Shown: positions 60,401 to 64,000 of the stretch, one piece after another
How positions within the stretch are numbered: position 1 is the stretch's first letter
How the letters are laid out: every line of letters begins with the position of its first letter
Assembly (NCBI GenBank): GCA_006218035.1
Contig: VBWC01000010.1
Location: 75,572-139,571 of the forward strand
From: Gammaproteobacteria bacterium
Lineage (GTDB): Bacteria; Pseudomonadota; Gammaproteobacteria; VBWC01
Direction: 5' to 3'
Length of the DNA: 64,000 nt
Notes under the pieces: generated by a model
Database searches by the model: none
Told to the model about the DNA's origin: nothing
The model's input: only the letters and a program-made list of their open reading frames with translations
Made by a program: the position numbers and the translations under genes

Positions 60401-62137
60401 ATGGACACAGCACGGATCACCTCCGGCAAAAGCGTCAATAGCATCAAGCCAGCCGATCTGCCGGCGCCGCCGCAGGCCGCGATCCAGATCGTGCACGCCT
60501 GCTCGGACGATAGCACCGACAGCAAGAAACTCGCGCGGCTCGCGGCCAGCGACATGGTGATCACCGCCGAGGTTCTGCGCGTCGCGAACTCACCATTCTT
60601 TGGCTACGGCTACGGCAAGAAAATCCAGTCGATTCCCCGCGCGGTGACCGTCATGGGACAACGCACGCTGCGCAATCTGGTGCTCTGCATCGCCGTGCGC
60701 GACGCGATCAAACAGGATTCGATTCCGGGTTTCGATATCAACGCCTACTGGGAAGACTCGTTGCGCCGCGCGGTGTGCGCCCGCCTGCTCGGCCGGGACG
60801 TGCGCCTCGACCACGATGAATGTTTTACCGCCGGTCTGTTGCAGGACTTCGGGCTGCTGGTGATGTTTTTCCTGCAACCCGACAAGGCGGCGATGTGGCC
60901 TGAAATGCGCCGCAAGAACCCGATGAGCCGCTACCAGATGGAAAAGCGGGTCTTCGGCAATACGCACGACAAGGTTGGACGCATGCTGGCCAAGGAATGG
61001 GGATTGCCGGCAGAACTGGGCGACGCGATCAGTAATCATCACGGCGCCGATGGCGACGCGCCGGACGAGACCCATACCCGGCTGTGCCGCCTTGCCTATT
61101 GTGTCGACTGGATGGCGGCCGTGTTCACGGCGGATGACAAGAGTGAAACACTGACACGTTGCCGCGACGCCATCACCAGGACCTTCGGCCTGGCCCCCGG
61201 CGTGGTCGAGAAACATTTAGACAATGTGCCGTCGCTGGTCGAGGAGGCCGCTACCGCGCTGGGACTGGGCGTTGGCAACCAGCTTAAATTCGCCGACGTG
61301 ATGCAGGAAGCGAATCTCAAGCTCGCCAGCGAGAACCTGAGTTATCAGGAACTGACACGGCAGCTCGAGGTCACGCTGGAGGAACGCGACCGCCTGGCCG
61401 CCGAACTGAATCGCGAAATCGCGCTGGCCCAGGAAATCCAGAAAAGTCTGCTGCCGCATCCGGACACGCCGGGACAATATATTACCGGCATCAATCTGCC
61501 GGCGCGCGAATTGTCCGGTGACTTCTATGACTTCTTCACGCTGCCCGACGGGCGCATGTATTTCAACCTCGGTGATGTTTCCGGCAAGGGCATTAATGCG
61601 GCGCTGTTGATGGCCAAGACCAGCAGTCTGTTCCGCTGCCTGGGCAAAACCGTCCACAGTCCTGGCAAGCTGTTGCAGCAGATCAATCGTGAGCTGTGCG
61701 AAACGACCACGCGCGGCATGTTTGTCGCGGTGACCGCCGGCCTGTACGACCCGGCGAACGGCACCGTCCGGCTGGTCAATGCCGGCAATCCGCCGGCGCT
61801 GCTGATCGGGCGCAATGGTACGCACAAGGCCTACAAGGCGGAATCGCCGCCGCTCGGCATCGATACCGACACCGCCTTCCCCGAATACGAATTCAATCTG
61901 TCAGACGACGGCCTGTACCTGTTTTCCGACGGAATCACCGAAGGCTTCATCGCCAAGGACGAGACGCTTGGCATCACGGGTCTGCTGACGCTTATTCTCG
62001 AGGTCGGCGCCAGGCCGGCACAGCAACGACTGGCGGCGATTGTCGACCGTATCCGCCGCTCGCCCGAGCCGTTACGCGACGACACGACGATACTGCTGGT
62101 GGAAAAACCGCATGACAACGGCGCTCGCACAGACTGA
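60401..62137 (+). CDS. HDOD + SpoIIE/PP2C phosphatase fusion
   Basis: RVANSPFF / AGLLQDFG HDOD domain, coiled coil, then SGDFYD, GDVSGKG, SDG and DDTT. Start probably 60401. Confidence 0.88.
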   Translation: MDTARITSGKSVNSIKPADLPAPPQAAIQIVHACSDDSTDSKKLARLAASDMVITAEVLRVANSPFFGYGYGKKIQSIPRAVTVMGQRTLRNLVLCIAVRDAIKQDSIPGFDINAYWEDSLRRAVCARLLGRDVRLDHDECFTAGLLQDFGLLVMFFLQPDKAAMWPEMRRKNPMSRYQMEKRVFGNTHDKVGRMLAKEWGLPAELGDAISNHHGADGDAPDETHTRLCRLAYCVDWMAAVFTADDKSETLTRCRDAITRTFGLAPGVVEKHLDNVPSLVEEAATALGLGVGNQLKFADVMQEANLKLASENLSYQELTRQLEVTLEERDRLAAELNREIALAQEIQKSLLPHPDTPGQYITGINLPARELSGDFYDFFTLPDGRMYFNLGDVSGKGINAALLMAKTSSLFRCLGKTVHSPGKLLQQINRELCETTTRGMFVAVTAGLYDPANGTVRLVNAGNPPALLIGRNGTHKAYKAESPPLGIDTDTAFPEYEFNLSDDGLYLFSDGITEGFIAKDETLGITGLLTLILEVGARPAQQRLAAIVDRIRRSPEPLRDDTTILLVEKPHDNGARTD

Positions 62138-62531
62138 GATACGGTTTACGTCCCGGTCCGCGCAGCTGCACCGCGTGCGCGGCGAGATACGCTCGGCCTG
62201 CGAACAGTATCGGTGCTCCAGAGAGTGCATAGATCATATCGTGATCGCCGTGAACGAGGCCTGCATGAACGTTATCGAACATGCCTATGGCAAGGAATGC
62301 GATGCCGAAATCGTACTGAAAATATTCAAGGATGGCACGGCGCTGGTGTTTCATCTGATTGACCACGCCCGGCCGTCGGACCGTGACTGCCTCCGCCCGC
62401 AGGCCATAGACCTGTCGCGGCCCGGCGGCCTCGGCGTGCTGCTGATCAATGAGGTGATGGACGACGTACGCTTCCTCGCATGCGCGCACGCCGACGGCAA
62501 CGTGCTTGAGATGAGAAAAACGATCGAATAG
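62112..62531 (+). CDS. Anti-sigma factor / RsbW-like Ser kinase
   Basis: EACMNVIEHAY and GGLGVLLI...MD. Confidence 0.88.
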   Translation: MTTALAQTEIRFTSRSAQLHRVRGEIRSACEQYRCSRECIDHIVIAVNEACMNVIEHAYGKECDAEIVLKIFKDGTALVFHLIDHARPSDRDCLRPQAIDLSRPGGLGVLLINEVMDDVRFLACAHADGNVLEMRKTIE

Positions 62532-62549
62532 GCAACGGGAGGCATATAT

Positions 62550-62885
62550 ATGGACTACAAGATACGTACCGAAGGACAATACACCGTGATCGCGCTGCGC
62601 GGCGACGTGGATCTGCATCACTCGCCGAAAGCGCGCGAGCAGATACTCAAATACCTGGGCGAGCAGTGCCATGTCATGGTCGATCTTGCCGACGTCGCGT
62701 ACATAGACAGCTCCGGGATCGCCAGCCTGATCGAGGGCTTCCAGCTCGCCAAACAGCACAAGCTACAGTTCGGCCTCGTCGGCGTCAGCGAACCGGCGAT
62801 GCAGGTGCTCAAGCTCGCTCGTCTCGACCGGGTTCTGCCTATCCATCAAACGATCAGCGGCATGGCGCCTGTTTCCATCCGGTAG
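62550..62885 (+). CDS. STAS anti-anti-sigma factor
   Basis: YIDSSG phosphorylatable motif. Confidence 0.9.
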   Translation: MDYKIRTEGQYTVIALRGDVDLHHSPKAREQILKYLGEQCHVMVDLADVAYIDSSGIASLIEGFQLAKQHKLQFGLVGVSEPAMQVLKLARLDRVLPIHQTISGMAPVSIR

Positions 62886-62995
62886 CCGAACAGCGACGTA
62901 GCGACCGATCTTCCTGCGCGGCGTTCGACCCGCCGCTTGTGCTACCCCGGCCGGGGCCGGTAACATCGCATGAATTCATCGCGATAGCCGCACCC

Positions 62996-63805
62996 GTGAC
63001 CACCGACAACCCGCACGAACCCGCCATTGAAATACGCGATCTCGTCACCCACTACGGGGAACGCAAGGTCATCGACGGCCTTAACCTGGCGATATATCCG
63101 GGCGAGATCATGGCCATCATGGGCTTCAGCGGCTCCGGCAAAACGACACTGTTCCGGCAGATGCTCGGGCTTAAGAAACCCACCTCGGGATCGATACGCA
63201 TCCTCGGCAAGGACATCAACACACTCAACAGCAAGGATATGTATAACGTGCGGCGCCAGATCGGCGTCGCCTTCCAGGGCGGCGCGCTGTTCAGCTCGTT
63301 GACGGTCGCCGAGAACGTCGAACTGCCATTGCGCGAGCACACGAAACTCAACGACAAAACCATCGGCATCATGAGCCGGCTGAAGCTCGAGGTCGTCAAC
63401 CTGGCCGGTTGCGAAAACCTGAAGCCGTCGGAACTGTCGGGCGGCATGCTGAAACGCGTCGCGCTGGCACGCGCATTGATCATGGACCCGCGCCTGCTGT
63501 TTTTCGACGAACCCTCGGCCGGACTCGATCCGATCGTATCGGCGGAACTCGATGAGCTGATAATTCAGCTACGCAACGCAATGAAGATGACGATTGTGGT
63601 CATCACCCACGAACTGCACAGCGCATTCAAGATCGCCGACCGTATCACCATCATCGACAAGGGCGAGATCCTGATCACCGGCACCGTCGATGAAGTGCGC
63701 CACAGCCCCAATCCGCGCGTGCAGAACATGCTCAACCGAAAACCGCGCGAAGAGCGCGTCGACGCGGATGCCTATATGGATCGCTTAACCGGCGCGGCAC
63801 CGTAA
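62996..63805 (+). CDS. ABC ATPase, MlaF/Mkl-like
   Basis: GFSGSGKT, LSGGMLKR and FDEPSAGLDP. The start is uncertain (GTG 62996). Confidence 0.85.
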   Translation: MTTDNPHEPAIEIRDLVTHYGERKVIDGLNLAIYPGEIMAIMGFSGSGKTTLFRQMLGLKKPTSGSIRILGKDINTLNSKDMYNVRRQIGVAFQGGALFSSLTVAENVELPLREHTKLNDKTIGIMSRLKLEVVNLAGCENLKPSELSGGMLKRVALARALIMDPRLLFFDEPSAGLDPIVSAELDELIIQLRNAMKMTIVVITHELHSAFKIADRITIIDKGEILITGTVDEVRHSPNPRVQNMLNRKPREERVDADAYMDRLTGAAP

Positions 63806-63898
63806 AAAAATCGCCGCAACACCCGCCTGCATCAGAATTCCACTACTACCACCGAACACCGATAACGGTTGGCCACCACCCGAAGCAGCCAATCCGAT

Positions 63899-63933
63899 GT
63901 AGGGTGGGTGAACGTCTTTTCGCGTAACCCACC
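63899..63933 (+). repeat. GTAG-family REP element
   Basis: GTAGGGTGGGTGAACG...CGTAACCCACC imperfect palindrome. Confidence 0.65.
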
Positions 63934-64000
63934 GGGCGTTGCGCAGCAACACAAGCCGGTTATTTAATTCAACAGCCACACTATTGCGCTCTGCAGCCCG

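Noticed and set aside
1..64000. tRNA/rRNA genes, transposases, integrases
   Set aside because: None recognised by eye in the window.

Overview
This GC-rich bacterial window has four blocks. (1) 1-16.9 kb is a magnetosome gene cluster. On the minus strand it reads mamI-mamE-(mamJ-like)-mamK-mamL-mamM-mamN-mamO-mamP-mamA-mamQ-mamR-mamB-mamS, with mamS running off the left edge. A second, divergently transcribed mamA paralogue sits directly in front of a ferric-iron ABC transporter (fbpABC/futABC-like, 16.9-20.9 kb). (2) 20.9-41.4 kb is an all-minus-strand copper/heavy-metal island. It holds a CusCBA-type RND pump, CopA, YHS/DUF2231/DUF2933/SHOCT accessory genes, a cytochrome c, a glucan phosphorylase, and a membrane protein + TAT two-domain multicopper oxidase + putative beta-barrel triad. 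It carries rearrangement scars. (3) 41.5-48.2 kb is cbbR-cbbLSQO (form IAq RuBisCO). (4) 48.3-64 kb holds housekeeping and signalling genes: TraB, LTA-synthase-like, P-type ATPase, ComFB, REC-GGDEF-EAL, LysR/DoxX/pirin, and HDOD-PP2C/anti-sigma/STAS/MlaF-like. The content suggests an autotrophic magnetotactic proteobacterium, probably a gammaproteobacterium (inference). The most unusual elements are a strongly basic MamJ-like protein with a triplicated 'ASPWA' motif and a histone-H1-like N-terminus, and the mamA'-fbpABC unit converging on a multicopper-oxidase/porin cassette. All family assignments are by eye from motifs and synteny. No database searches were run.
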